A stretch of 64,000 nucleotides of DNA from Octopus vulgaris (GCA_951406725.2 OX597814.1:54622001-54686000), one strand, 5' to 3'. Counted from the stretch's first letter, positions 13,801-27,273 are shown. Numbers and translations: made by a program. Notes: generated by a model from the letters alone, not told the origin.

Positions 13801-14727
13801 TATATTTACACATCTGCTTAATTATTACAGTCGAGCAATTATTTTGATAAAGTTGATAGTTAAAAGCGTCACTCGTTTGTTCAGTTAACATTTTTCAAGG
13901 GATATTGCCTTTTAAGGAGGTGACAGATTAAATAAAAGAAATCTACCATGGGAATCAATGTTAAACATAATGGTTCTCTTTTCTGGTAAGCAGTTTATAC
14001 AATCAGCTGGTAAGTTACAAAACCTAATATGGGAACCTTACAGGAAGCTGTAGGCCATGTAAACCATACCTCACATATGTATGTATGTATGGTTTGTATG
14101 TATATATGATGTATGTATGAATGCATGTAATTATACATGCATGTACATATGAATGCAGTGCGTATATTCCTATGTTTATTTGCAAGTATTCAAGTATTCA
14201 AGCTTATAATTTGCTTCGGGCGTCTTTTTAATTCCACCGAAATTTCTCTCACCCCATATATTTTTCTTTGTCTTCCCCGCATCTCTGCAGTTAAGATACC
14301 TTTCAACCCCTACTTACACAATCCCTTATGCTGTTTATGCTTCTCGCCCTACGTTCGTCTGCCTGTTAGCTGTCTGGTTATCTGCTCATCTTTCTCTTTA
14401 TTACTCACTGTGTATGTTACCGGTGCTATTTTATCTCTGTATTGCTGTTGTTGTGGCAGATGATGTTACTGCCGTTGCTGCTGTTGCCCCTGCTTCCGCT
14501 CCCGCTCCCGCTTCTATCGTTATAGTCGTTGATTATGAAGATAATGATAACTACAATACTGTTCTCAATCTTCTTTCTCGTCAGGCTTATTTAATAAGCT
14601 CATCGCTGAATATTTTCAACAACACTGATCACCCCCACAGATCCTCTCTCATCACCACATTTTTCACATGCTTATTAGCGGACATGCATGGTCGTATATG
14701 TATCACAAAATACATAATGCCATTATG

Positions 14728-15000
14728 TATCCATCCATCCATCCATCCATCCATCCATCCATACGCACATACATACATACATACATCCATCCATCCATCC
14801 ATACGCACATACATACATATATGCTTTCTAAAACGCACACATCTGGGTCTGTCGCAAGTCAACCAACACGTGAAAATGTAACTCATTTTTCAAAAATTCT
14901 TCCTTGATAAAATACCCAATTAACCAATTTCAATATGAAAATTTAGATTAAATTAACACACACACACACAGAGACACACACACATACACACACACACTCA

Positions 15001-15074
<74 letters not shown>

Positions 15075-15120
15075 CACGCACACACACACACGCACACACT
15101 CACACACTCACACACACAGA
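14728..15120. repeat. (ATCC)n and long (CA)n microsatellites
   Basis: Direct reading. Confidence 0.95.
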
Positions 15121-15399
15121 TAGATATAAATATATTTTTCATGTGTTTTTAGGTATGTACCCTTATCCCCATATGTACATGAGTACACAGGCACCCAGAT
15201 ATGTACTGTACTAATGATGACAAGTCACCGATATCAAGATTTTTGCATTTGTTTCTACCACATTCCTGAGAAATAAATTCTGTTAATTCCACTCCAAGAC
15301 ACCCTAATTACTTTTAGGCTTGCAGGATAAAACAGTTTCCTTTTCTTTTTTCTACCGAACATAAAATCAATGTATGTGAGACGTGTCAAAACGAAGCGA

Positions 15400-15438
<39 letters not shown>

Positions 15439-15457
15439 GTATATATATATATACATA

Positions 15458-16312
15458 CACGGTGCAGTAAATAAACTGTCAAGTAGTTTTTTCATTTCGT
15501 GCATTGTTTGTTCTTGATTTCGTCGACTACACAGTACAGTAGGGTCAGCTGGGCACCGTCTGTGAGAAAAAAAACAGCATCATGACGGAATTTAATCTGG
15601 TAGAGATTTGGAAGTGACATGCTGTACTGCTTGGTATTCGCGCCGAAAGCTCCAATATGAACATCTCAGAATGCTTGTGTGTCAGTCTGAGGACAGTGCA
15701 ATCTGAGGACATATACCGAGAGTGATAAGAAAAATCAAACATCCGGTAAACATAATGGTGTTTGAAGTGATGACTAGTGATGGTGGCGTTATACTTACGT
15801 TCATCTTCCTACACGACCTCAGATTAAACGCGGAGGCTCACATAAAGTTCTTGGAGGAGGTATTGCTCCCCTGGGTCAAGAAGATGGCCACTGGAAGACT
15901 CTATGGCGGGCAACGGGACTCTGCACCATGCCAAACAAGCAGTACCCAGTCATGACCGTCAGACAATTTCTGCGACCACATTATCCCTAACAGCTGGCGA
16001 CCTAACTCCCCAAACAGTAAACTCCTTGATTATTATGTGTGGGGCTTTGTCGAGTGAGAGGCCAACAAAACTTTTTGTAACATCAAAGATGAACTGAAGG
16101 CAAGGATTATAGTAGCATTCACCAACTTAAACAAGAAACCGTCCAGAAGAGTTGCAGGAGTTGAAGCCAATGGCGATTTTATTGTGTAAATTTACACTTT
16201 AATATTTCAAGATATTTTTACGTAATTTTTGGAAACATATCTGTTAAAATGAGATGTCAGTGTTATTTTCCTTTTTGTGTAATTTAGAAGACAGTTTATT
16301 CATCGCACCTTG
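15458..16312 (+). mobile_element. Degenerate Tc1/mariner element, maT (DD37D)-like
   Basis: TIRs CACGGTGCAGTAAATAAACTGTC / GACAGTTTATTCATCGCACCTTG. Transposase remnants KHPVNIMVF..TSDG..FIF..LRLNAEA..LEEVLLPW..GR..DSAP and W.PNSP..LDYYVWG carry frameshifts. Confidence 0.85.
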
Positions 16313-16459
16313 TTGTATGTATGTATGTATGTATGTATGGATGTATGTATGTATGTATGTATGTATGTATGTATGTATGTATGTATGTATGTTTGTACGT
16401 ATGTATGTATGTATGTATGTATGTATGTATGTATGTATGTATGTATGTATGTATGTATG

Positions 16460-16535
<76 letters not shown>
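16313..16535. repeat. (TATG)n-(TA)n microsatellite
   Basis: Direct reading. Confidence 0.97.
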
Positions 16536-16537
<2 letters not shown>

Positions 16538-16621
16538 ACTAATGTAGATAAAATTTGTTTCGAAAAAATGTTTATCAATGGCCAGCACATCAAAAAATAC
16601 CTTTAAAGGTTAAATTTATAA

Positions 16622-16769
16622 ATAACTTACAAAATAAGGGCAAAAGAAAAATTTTAATGCCAAATATGCCGAAAAAAAAGACGCATGAATTATAATGGTT
16701 ATTGACAATTTTATCTTTTTTTCGGCATATTTGGCATTAGAATTTTTCTTTTGCCCTTATTTTTTAAGT

Positions 16770-16772
<3 letters not shown>
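16622..16772. repeat. Inverted repeat (~60-bp arms, 32-nt loop) between (TA)n tracts
   Basis: 16622-16681 is the near-perfect reverse complement of 16714-16772; (TA)n at 16464-16535 and from 16771. Confidence 0.8.
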
Positions 16773-16804
<32 letters not shown>

Positions 16805-16807
16805 GTG

Positions 16808-16888
<81 letters not shown>

Positions 16889-17197
16889 ACACCACAAGCA
16901 CACACTTGCTCAAGCACCATGAAAATTAAAATTCTTTAGTTACCTAAACGTTTTAGTTTTAACTTAGTTATCTATTTCAAAACGCATATATAGGCTTTTT
17001 GGGAGTAAAACTAGATGGGTGTACATTAAACTTTTGGTAACACAGCATAAGTATAGAACTTTCGTAATTCCTAGACAAAATTCGATCTGTAATACTGGGA
17101 ATAAATTGTTCCTAATCATATGGAAAATGCCATCAGTTCACACAAATCCGGCATGATTTACGTATTGTTCTTATCACGAACGGAACAGAAAAATTGA

Positions 17198-17333
17198 AAG
17201 GACAAGGCTGTGTGGTTAAGAAGCTTGCTCTGCAAGCACGTGATTTCAGATTCAGTTCCACTATAGCAGCTCTGGGCTGACCAACGCCTTGCGAGTGAAT
17301 TTGGTGAATAGAAACTGCGTGGAAACCTGTTGT
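17198..17333 (+). mobile_element. SINE family 2, 5' part
   Basis: GGCTGTGTGGTTAAGAAGCTTGCT...GCCTTGCGAGTGAATTTGGT..GAAACTG aligns with the 17679 copy. Confidence 0.7.
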
Positions 17334-17387
17334 ACACACACACACACACATACACACACACACACACACACACAAAGTTCCTAGCTT

Positions 17388-17579
17388 TAAGGACATCGCG
17401 AAAGGCCTGGTTGGAGCATCAACCTTCAGAGTTCTTTTACAAGCCTTAGAAAAACTGAAGGACCGTAGCAATAAATGTGTGAATCTGAGAGAGGAATATG
17501 TTGAATAAAATTATAATTAACTGATCGTCCTGGATTTTCTATAACCCAAAGCTAGGGAGTTTTCAGCCCCCGCCTCGTA
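17388..17579 (+). mobile_element. Mariner 3' fragment
   Basis: Shares GAAAACTGAAGGACC...TGTGTGAATCTG.GAGAGGAATATG..GAATAAAA with 11030-11216; ends TTTTCAGCCCCCGCCTCGTA. Confidence 0.65.
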
Positions 17580-17678
17580 TGTATCTATGTATGTATGTAT
17601 GTATGTATGTATGTATGTATGTATGTATGTATGTATGTATGTATGTATGTATGTATGTATGCATGTATGTATGTATAT

Positions 17679-18065
17679 AGACGCAGGAGTGGCTGTGTGG
17701 TAAGTGGCTTGCTTACCAACGACATGGTTCCGGGTTCAGTCTCAATGTGTGGCATCTTGGACAAGTGTCTTTTACTATAGCTTCGGGCCGACCAGGGCCT
17801 TGTGAGTAGATTTGGTAGATGGAAGCTGAAGGAGGCCCGTCATATATATATATGTATGTGTGTATACGTTTCTATGTCTGTGTTTGTCCCCCCCAACACC
17901 GCTTGACAACCGATGCTGGTGTGTTTACGTTCCTGTAACTTAGTGGTTCGGCAAAAGAGACAGATAGAATAAGTCCTGGGGTCGATTTGCTCGACTAAAG
18001 GCTGTGCTCAAGCATGGCCACAGTCAAATGACTGAAGCAAGTAAAAGTATAAAAGAATAAAAGAA
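17679..18065 (+). mobile_element. tRNA-derived SINE (family 2), full length with internal microsatellite
   Basis: Head GGAGTGGCTGTGTGGTAAG...GGGTTCAGTC, internal (TA/TG)n, A-rich tail; homologous partial copies occur elsewhere in the window. Confidence 0.85.
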
Positions 18066-18072
18066 TATCTAT

Positions 18073-18147
<75 letters not shown>

Positions 18148-19314
18148 ATGTGATTTAGATTCAGTTGAATTAGGCACTTAAATTGAGTCACCTTGTTAGG
18201 ACGAACTTATTTGTACACTCAGACAGTATAAGGTGAGTATCAAACTCTACATCGAATTTTTTTCCATCTGATATTCATGCAGTATATGCAAATGGTAAGA
18301 GAATAAATCCGCTCTTGTTTGTTCAAACATGTACTTTACATAAAGATACTTTCCAAAATGTAGATTCCTGGATAGGTGAGTAAAATATAGAGTGAGTAAA
18401 ATATAGATGAGTAAAAAAAGACTCTTATACATCTTTTAACTCATTTATATTTTACATATACATATATATTTACGTGTGTGTGTGTGTGTGTGCATGTGTG
18501 TGTTGGATCAGCTGACTTTCTGAAACGGAGCTGATGCTATATAAAACTGAATACAGAATATCTAATTAGACACGCAGTGCTCTCCAGCATAATTGCTAAA
18601 ATTAATTTTGTCTCTTGATTCCAATTTTTAATTCAGAAGTTTATAAAATGTTTTATATACTGAGTAGTTTTCATGACTTTATATAAAAATAATTTTGTAC
18701 AACGTATTTTCATTTAAAGATGAAATGAACCTTTTCTATTTATATTATGTATTTTATTTATTTCGGTCTTGGCCAGCTTTTAAAATAATTTTTATATGCT
18801 AAAAGGAAAACTTCTTTGTTGTTTTAAAACAGGCTATCGAAAATATATTGCTTTTAATATGCAGCTGTTTTAAGACATTTAGCTGCAGTATGAATCGCTG
18901 GGAAAGTAATTTAGTTGATTTCATAGCACCAAGTTTGAAGCCGTAACTTGAGGCAAAATGTCTGCTTGGTTCTGAGAGCTGACAGACTGAATAAATATTT
19001 TAACAACAGATGCAAATATAGGAGGTATTTTCAAAAAAAAAAAAAGGCTAAATTATTGTATGCAAGTAATATTTTCGGGAAACTTAAGATGGCGAGTATT
19101 TTAGGTGAAGAGATCAACCCCGGGCAAGCTGAGAAAAGGCGTGAACCTTATGATATATTTCTCAAAATATAAAAAACATTTGCTTTGTAAAAAGAAAGAG
19201 ATACACTAAAAGTTTAAGTACTCCCATGGAGAAAGCGTCCACATTCTTTGCAGTATTACCTCTAGTTGTTTTAAACCAATAAGTCACACTCAAACATTAC
19301 GCCACAAAACTCTG

Positions 19315-19364
<50 letters not shown>

Positions 19365-21408
19365 GAAGATATAGATGAATACATATATATATATTCGTTT
19401 ATTCTAAAGAAAATTTATTCTTGGCATCACTTCAACATCCTTCAGGATACTAAAGAACATTACACTTGAAGAACGTGATTCCATGGAAAATCCAATGTGA
19501 CGATAAAGTTTAGGCTTCAAATAAATGTATGCAAGAAACCAAGCAATGTTTCAAATACTGTTGCATTGTTAGTATACTCGATAATACAAGGATGAAACCG
19601 AAAACAGAAAGAAAATAGAGATGAAAAGGTAAAAAAATGTTTACCAAAAGAAAAAGTAGACAGATGAGACGTGAGAAAGAAAACGAAATGTTTGTGGTTT
19701 TTAAGCTAGGATTATTTAAAGAAAAGTACATGCGAAGAAAACCTGTGGATTGTTAGATTTCTAATCCCAATTTATATTCATTACGCACACATGTACACAC
19801 AAACATATACTGTGTTCTTAAAACAAATTCTCATATATTATTTACATTAAGTTCCATCCTTACATTTGAACTAAGTTATCGGACAAAAATAAGAAAAAAA
19901 AAATAATATAAAAAGATCTAAAATTAGGACACAAAGCACGAATGAACAAAAGATGTTTCACCATCGTATTCTTTTGAGCTTTTTGTTCTTCATACTTAGA
20001 AATAACATTTATCAAGGGTTTATATGATATATTTAGATTTCTATTAAACTTTGAAACAAAGACTCGTAGAAAATCATTTGAATATACTTTTTTGTATTAG
20101 ATTTATTTGAATAGCTTCAATACAGAATAGTCCTACTGTACAAAGGATGCTGCTGGTTGATAGAGATAGATGGGAATTTAAATAAGGAAGGAAATATCTC
20201 TAGGAATGCAAGCTGAAGCATGAGAGATACCACCCATGTTGGATGCTTGAAACCTTTTAAGTTATCTTCTTAATTTCTATTAAAACAACAATCTCATGCT
20301 GATGTCGTATATGTACTACTTCCTTTCAAATTAGTGGAATGATTCAGGCAAAAGGACTGTAAAACTTCGTTTACTTTATTTACTTTTTGCTTATTAATAG
20401 GGAAGTAAGTTTATGCAGAATAAAGATAAAATTATTTTGTTTCTTTGCTAACAAGATGAAATATTGCCTTCAAGAATTTACAAATGTGCATATTCTGATG
20501 AACAAAGAGTGTTTTTTTTTATCACGCGGCTGTATAATTTTCTGTTCCCGCAACCTGTTCTGAATTGTTGAAAGAATTTCCTTCCAAGAGACTAATTGCA
20601 TAATTTGAAGTGAGGAAGGGTAGGTTAAGTTAATTTTCCGTCTTTATTCGCTTTGCTGGAAGATGGTTTGTTTATATTAAAGAGAAGAAATAGAGATATT
20701 TCTGTTTAGGGGACTCCAGATGAAACATTAAATTTCAGTAAAAAATACACTTAATTGCTGCTCTCATTTCCAAACAACTAAAACTTATAGTGGCACAATT
20801 GAAAATATTTTTCATTAATACTCATTTCACTAAATACAAAAATATTTGAACTGAAATGTAAAATGTATCAAATACATAGAAGAAAATTTAGACCTTAATA
20901 TAATCTCTTAATTTAGTATATTTTACTTTCTTTTCCAAATGCTTACTGCCTTACTTTCTTATTTGTATTTTCCATACTAAATCTTCATAAAGACAACACG
21001 ATAAAAATGTTTTATTGATTACTTTAGATCTTGATAATAACACATATTCAAATTAAGTATATAGAGGAACAACTTATATTTATTATGGTATGATTGGTAT
21101 CATACCATAATAATATGTAATTGGTCGGGTGTTCATTCCTAAATGGGTTTCTTTTTTCTCCTTGAATAGATAAACACATTTCGTATAACCTATTACGTTG
21201 TTAAAAGTTTGAATATTTAATAGATTTAACTATCATAAAATATTTAATAAAGAGATAGGTGTTGTTATATATTCTATTGGATTACAAATAAGAATAGAAA
21301 CTCTGGCTCTTGACACATGTTTGAATGTAGCAAGAACGACTGTGTTGAAGTAATTAAATTAAGAGTACATCGGTACAAAGCAACAAAGTTAAATCGGGAC
21401 AAACTTAC

Positions 21409-21527
21409 CTTGGCCAATAGAGACACACCAAGAAGGTTGGCTCATTAATTACTTTTCCGTTTCCAAGATTAAGGGTAGGACACTGACGGATACTACAACC
21501 AAAAGAGGTGGTATTGTCCCAGAGCAT
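21409..21527 (-). CDS. CAP/SCP-domain protein, internal coding exon B
   Basis: 119-nt exon with acceptor ttttatttctttcacag|ATG and donor AG|gtaagt, phase 0 in and phase 2 out. Translation MLWDNTTSFGCSIRQCPTLNLGNGKVINEPTFLVCLYWP matches the CAP segments Q-M-L-W..T..GC...C and FLVCxYxP. It is phase- and sequence-contiguous with exon A. Confidence 0.9.
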
Positions 21528-22080
21528 CTGTGAAAGAAATAAAATTAAAAATAGATTGTTGAAGAGTAAAATTTAATTGCTGTATTTTACATTTTGTTTT
21601 CACCATGTGTTATTCCTATGTTACTCTTTCATACACTGAGGTGTCTTTGAAGTTGATATATTCATAAAATTTAGTTTTTCCTTGGATGTGATATATCAAC
21701 GAGTCACAAATTTACATTGCGCTGTTGTATACAGAAATTAATGATGCCTCTAGGATTCTGCAAGTTTTTCCAGTTTTTGGATTGATCTAATTGTTTACAT
21801 GTGTATTTTAGTTTAGATTTCAACCATAGAAATAAGAATATGTGTGAATTTTGTTCCATATTTAATAATAGAGTATAACATGAAGCAATTATTAATTGTA
21901 TTTATCAAAACTGTAACAGTTGTGAATAAAGTAGGTCAATAATTTGATCTTTGCATCTAATTATTATTCTTCCATAGTTTATATGGTGTTAACATGTTGG
22001 AATCGATGCATCTCACCTCTGAAATACACCTTATCTTTCAGGGATTTTTTACTATTTGGGCTCATAAATGTATATGTATT

Positions 22081-22124
<44 letters not shown>

Positions 22125-22129
<5 letters not shown>

Positions 22130-23266
22130 GTTCTCGATTATACGTCGGTTTAAAAAAATGATATATGGAAAAATAAAAATCAAGTTAAGTCATGTCCGCC
22201 ACAAATATTCAAATCGTAAAATCACTAGGAAACCGTTAAAAGCACATAAAAATCATGTTGCTGTTCAATGAATAAGAATAAAAGCATATAAATTCTTATT
22301 AAAATAGTACAGTAAATGTTAAGATACACACCATAAAGTAGTGTAGCGTAGTGAAAGAAATCATGAAATCAGCTGTGTTGTCTTATTTATTGATCTTTCG
22401 GAACTCACATTGCGCTGTAGTTCCAATATATACCGTTTAGGCGTCGTTGTCCCTCGTGATTCCCGCGATTGTTTTGAATTCAGATTTGTTTACGTCTGTT
22501 TATCGGCTAATTTCTTATTCTCATTCATTTGTAACTTTATCTTTTTGCCTCCCCAACCCCATGGCTCCTAAGAAAATTCATAGTAAAAGTGCTAAGCGTC
22601 AGGCTATAATGCTGGAAGATAAACTGGCTATGATAAAACGCCATGAAAAAGTGGAAAAGTGGTAGCAATTGCACGATCTTTTGGAATGAATCGGACAATT
22701 GTATTGACGATTGTACATTAGAAGGATAAAGTTTTAACACATATCAAATCTAAAGCATCAAGGATGAAGAACACTGTCATCAATAAGAAAAGAGGCAAAA
22801 TCTTTGAAGAAATGGGAAGTCTTCTTTCTCCATGGATTGTTATGTTGGAGGAGGAGGATTTTACAGATTTATCTGAAAAAGGCAAACAGCCCCCGACAAA
22901 CAAGGATTTGATAGAACTTCACGAACAGCAAAATAAAGAAGAAGAGGTAGTCGAATCTGAGCCACGTCACTTTACAATTCAGAAAATGCAGCAAGCATTT
23001 GCATATATCGAAAAAGGTCTTTCTATGTTCGAGGATATGGATCCAAATGCTCAACGCTTTTCCAAGATTATGGGGGATTGTCACGAAGCTTTTGCTCCTT
23101 ATAATGTAATCTTTGAGGAAAAGAAGACAGTTCAAGGAACTCTCAACCGGTTTTTTATGCGCATCGAACAATAAAAACAGCCAGAGTCAGTTGTTGATGT
23201 TGACGATACACAGCCATCTACATCGTGTCTCCTGGAACTAATTAACGACGTAGGGTGAGGTATGCT

Positions 23267-23268
<2 letters not shown>
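22125..23268 (+). mobile_element. Internally deleted Tigger/pogo DNA transposon
   Basis: MAPKK..KRQAIMLEDKLAMIKRHE and IARSFGMNRT (psq/CENP-B HTH) are fused to the C-terminal TNKDLIEL..FT..MQQAF..FEDMDPN.QRF..Y..IFEEKK..Q.TL.RFF; the DDE domain is absent. Degenerate TIR ending GAGGTATGCTTG-TA; inserted in (TA)n. Confidence 0.88.
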
Positions 23269-23329
<61 letters not shown>

Positions 23330-23914
23330 GCACATATATGCGCGCGCGCGCGTGTGTGTATGTGTATGTGTATGTATATGCATATATATATATTTATTTA
23401 TTTATTTACACATACGTCTAACTAGTCGAAAATATATCATCTTGATTACATCACCAACAGTTACAAACTGCCTGACATCATAAAACATTGGGGAAACATT
23501 ACGTAGGGAATATCTGAGTAATGGAGAAACCTGCCATGGTAGCAATTAAATGATATATATATCTTAAGAAATCTTATATATTTCTCTGAGATGCTATCTA
23601 TAAAATCACGAAAGTTTATGCAGTATATTTGGTCTATAGACATGTATTCATTTAGATACATAATGTTGGGTCTTGTAACTCATGCTAAACGCTTTGACTA
23701 TCCCAGTCAATTGAACATTAAACATCAGTTATCTCACACAATTATCTTGAGGCTTCTTTGTTTAAAGGGTTCCAGTAACGACATATGCTCTCCCCTTACT
23801 CTTCAGACAAACGAATTCATAGTAGAAAAATAATACTACGGTATTTGCCTGGAGAGGAATTTTCATATGCGCACATAGTGAGTAAAAGCATACATATACA
23901 TATCATTAACAGAC

Positions 23915-24229
23915 AAGAATTATTTGCTACGGGCGCCGGAACTACCTGATCATTTGGTTTCCACATACTGCGTCCACTCGGTGCATATCAGCCAAATTTC
24001 TCTGCCAACGCTATATAAAATTGACAGCGACTTTCAGGCACTATTGTTGTAAATAGATAGCAGAGTTATTACAAATAGTTATTAGCAACAGAAGCGGTAT
24101 TAATACCAAAAAGCAATCTTTATATTCACCTCAACGTAGGTGATTTGTAAGAAAGTCGAATACTGTGCTATTGACCTTGAGATGACTTCTCTTAAGGACG
24201 CATGGTGCATAAACACACAGACACGCACG

Positions 24230-24279
<50 letters not shown>

Positions 24280-24412
24280 TCGTTGGTAGACGAGAATCGT
24301 CTTCTACGGGCGTCGGAACTGCCACATAACGTAATTTCGATGTACTGCGTCTCTACAGTGAGAACTGTTCGCTCGTCACACACCAGCCAAATCTCACTGT
24401 CAACGATATGTA
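23915..24412. mobile_element. Two related small MITE-like repeats
   Basis: 23915-24020 and 24277-24412 share CTACGGGCG.CGGAACT, TACTGCGTC and CAGCCAAAT.TC.CTG.CAACG.TAT; the second copy has inverted ends (ACATCGTTGG / TCAACGATATGT). Confidence 0.5.
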
Positions 24413-24436
24413 GAATCACTGTACATAAATACAAAC

Positions 24437-24472
<36 letters not shown>

Positions 24473-24532
24473 ACATGCGCACACACATACATGCATATAA
24501 ACAATATATACATACACGTACGCAAACACTCA

Positions 24533-24634
<102 letters not shown>

Positions 24635-24821
24635 ATAGAAATATTAAAATTACTAAGTCTCTCTAAAAGTGTGAAGCGGCTGACCTCCCTTGTTCGAAGG
24701 TTATAATGGACACAGTTTGTGTGTCAAATAGCTATCTTAAGGCGATGGCCTCATGGAGCTAATCAGCGACAGCTTTTAGTCTTACATCTATAAGACTGCC
24801 ATATTAATATGGCGATAACAA

Positions 24822-24863
<42 letters not shown>

Positions 24864-24867
<4 letters not shown>

Positions 24868-25429
24868 GTTGTCCGGAAAATTCGAGCCGAGTTATAGTAG
24901 CTTATCTTTCGACTTATTTTAGAACATGGTTGAGTCCATAAAATAGGATTTGACTACACCTCCATTTAGAGCACAGTTTAAGCTATCTTTTCGTGGAAGA
25001 AGGTTTATGTTCCTATAACCTGTGTTAATTCTGTAACCCTTTAAAATGGAAGATAAGAAAGTTCATTTTCGGCACTTGATGCTTTGGGAACCAAACAAAA
25101 ATTGCTGCAGCTCGGCTGTGATGTGTTACCCCACCCTCCATATTCACCAGATATTGCTCCTTCGGATTTCCACCAATTCAGGGCTCTGTAGAATAGTCTT
25201 AATGGTAAAAATTTCAATTACTTGAATGACGTAAAAAGATACCTTGATGAATTATTTGCCATGAAACCACCTCAATTCTGGGAAGAGGGTATTTTCAAGT
25301 TAAAAGAAAGATGGAGACGCATTGTACAACAAAATGGTTCATATTTGGTTGATTAAAAATGTAATGGCAAATATTTTTTGACATTTTTCTTTCCTTTAAA
25401 AATCGGCACGAACTTTCCGGACAACCCAA
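24864..25429 (+). mobile_element. Internally deleted mariner transposon
   Basis: TIRs TTGGGTTGTCCGGAAAATTCGAGCCGA / TCGGCACGAACTTTCCGGACAACCCAA, with TA on the left. Remnant N-terminus MEDKKVHFRHLMLW is joined out of frame to LPHPPYSPDIAPSDF...FWEEGIFKLKERWRRIVQQNGSY (mariner YSPD(L/I)APSD motif), with a stop. Confidence 0.93.
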
Positions 25430-25775
25430 GACATACATGTATATGTGCATGTATGTGTGCGTCTGTTTGCATGTTTTCTATGAGTATGTCTGAGTAGGGC
25501 GGCAAGGAGGCAGACGTATTAGTTGCTATCGCTGATCTCTCTCTCTTTCTTTATGTTATTAATTTAAATTCCTAACTTAGGAGCTGAGAAAAATTATGCA
25601 TTGTCTCACAAAATGGCGCCTTTCCACACTCGGTTGTTATTTCTTCCATTTCATATGCTCCAGGACGTCTGACTTTAACAAATTGTAACTGATATCCATG
25701 GAGTTTTTCAATTATCGTATATTTACAATACTAAACTGAAAATGTACACACGTTCTCGCATTAGTTCAACCTACG

Positions 25776-26053
25776 AAGAGGAAATATGTAACATATGGTT
25801 CTCTTCAAATCACTGTATTTGTTAAACTACTAACATTTACCTAGTTCTGTAAATGATAACAAATACCTATAAGCTATTTTTGGAACTAAAATTGTTCCTG
25901 ATAATAATAATATTTTTATATTATCACAATATTCCAAGTATAATTACGATGATACAAAAAATCAAGTTATAGTGTGTTTTTAGAAATGAAAGAGGAAATA
26001 TGTAACATATGGTTCTCTTCAAATCACTGTATTTGTTAAACTACTAACATTTA
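25776..26053 (+). repeat. Exact 64-bp direct repeat
   Basis: 25776-25839 is identical to 25990-26053; the first copy forms the hairpin GAAGAG..ATATG-TAA-CATAT..CTCTTC. Confidence 0.9.
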
Positions 26054-26067
26054 TAGTATTATATAGA

Positions 26068-26397
26068 ACTAGCAGTATCGCCCGACGTTGCTCAGGTTTG
26101 TAAGGGAAATAACTATAAAGCATTTTTAGAGAGTTATAGCCAAAAAATAGCAAAAAGATGGAAAAAAATGATGGTAAATTTTTTTTAGTTAAAAAAGGTG
26201 GAGTTGCGTCCCCTAGACAGTTTGCGGTTTGTGTTTCTGATTCTCGACCCCATGTCGAATTTATCGATTTTTTTCAAAACTGGGGGAAAGTAGAAATATG
26301 TTAAAGTAGAACACTAGTCAATTGCTCTTTCCGCTGAACATACGGATATTTTTCCGTCTTATCTTTACGAATAAGAGTTTATAGTATTATATAGAAT
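26068..26397 (+). mobile_element. Helentron/DINE-like non-autonomous element
   Basis: Starts ACTAGCAGTATCGCCCGACGTTGCTCAGG (terminal ACTAG plus sub-terminal hairpin-like motif) and ends TATAGTATTATATAGA. The same start motif occurs inverted at 56758-56788. Confidence 0.55.
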
Positions 26398-27069
26398 TAT
26401 GTTAAATACTTTGGAGAATCTATCTCCTTACAGATTTCAACTTAAATATCAACACAATATTTTGAGATCATTTGTTAAGTAATCGTGTAAGATATAACAT
26501 TATTGTAAGTTATTTGACCATTTTATAATTCCAGCTAAATGATATCCATGAATAGCCTCATTACTACTTTCTATAAATCTATCTTTTCCAATTATATAAT
26601 TTCACAACAAAATGTCAGCTAAAATAATTCACAGAGTTTTTCCAATTCTGATTTAGAGCTTACATTGGTCGAGCAAGAAACAAGCCTCAGTCAACAACTA
26701 CCGGGTATATATATTTGCCCATTATTCATTTTATCAGTAAAAAAAAGTATTACGTTTTGGTTAATGAGAGTTTACCGGTTGACTGTTACATTTATTGATA
26801 ATATTTTCAATTCAAAATGACCAGCCTCTGCTTTCACCATAGCTTTTAATGTTTTCTCAACTGTTTTATCATCTCACTATTTTTTATACCAGTCATTTTT
26901 AAATGCTACATTTTGTTCACGTTTTGTTTGATCCACCATTTTTAATCAAGGTAAACAATGAAACAAAAGAATGTGAAGAACCGTTACACAACAGTTTCAA
27001 TCATTTTTTCGAATAAGAACGTTTCAATTTATGTTTGAGTAATGGGTAAATTATCATGTTTAATATTGA

Positions 27070-27273
27070 TTTCAAAACTTTGACACAAGGCCAGCAATTC
27101 TGGGAGGAGAGGATGACATCGACCCCAGTGCTTAACTGGTACTTATTTTATCCACCATGAAAGGATGAAAGACAAAGTCGACCTCCGCAGAAATTTAACT
27201 CAGATCGTAAAGACGGACAAAATACCGCTAAGCATTTTGCTCAATCTGCTAACGATTCTACCAGCTCGCCGCC
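27070..27273 (-). mobile_element. tRNA-derived SINE (family 3)
   Basis: Minus strand GGCGGCGAGCTGGTAGAATCGTTAGC...GAGTTAAATT..GAGGTCGACTTTG..TTTCATCCTTTC...CACTGGGGTCGA; at least ten homologues in the window. Confidence 0.85.

Noticed and set aside
15160-15265. Minus-strand Cys-containing frame ECGRNKCKN...GCLCTHVHMG resembling EGF
   Set aside because: Incomplete Cys pattern, weak donor and wrong entry phase for exon B.
9546-17780. Many [12 protein letters not shown]-type ORFs (also at 23-25, 31-32, 38, 40, 53-56 and 62 kb)
   Set aside because: Translations of di-, tri- and tetranucleotide microsatellites that lack stop codons by construction.
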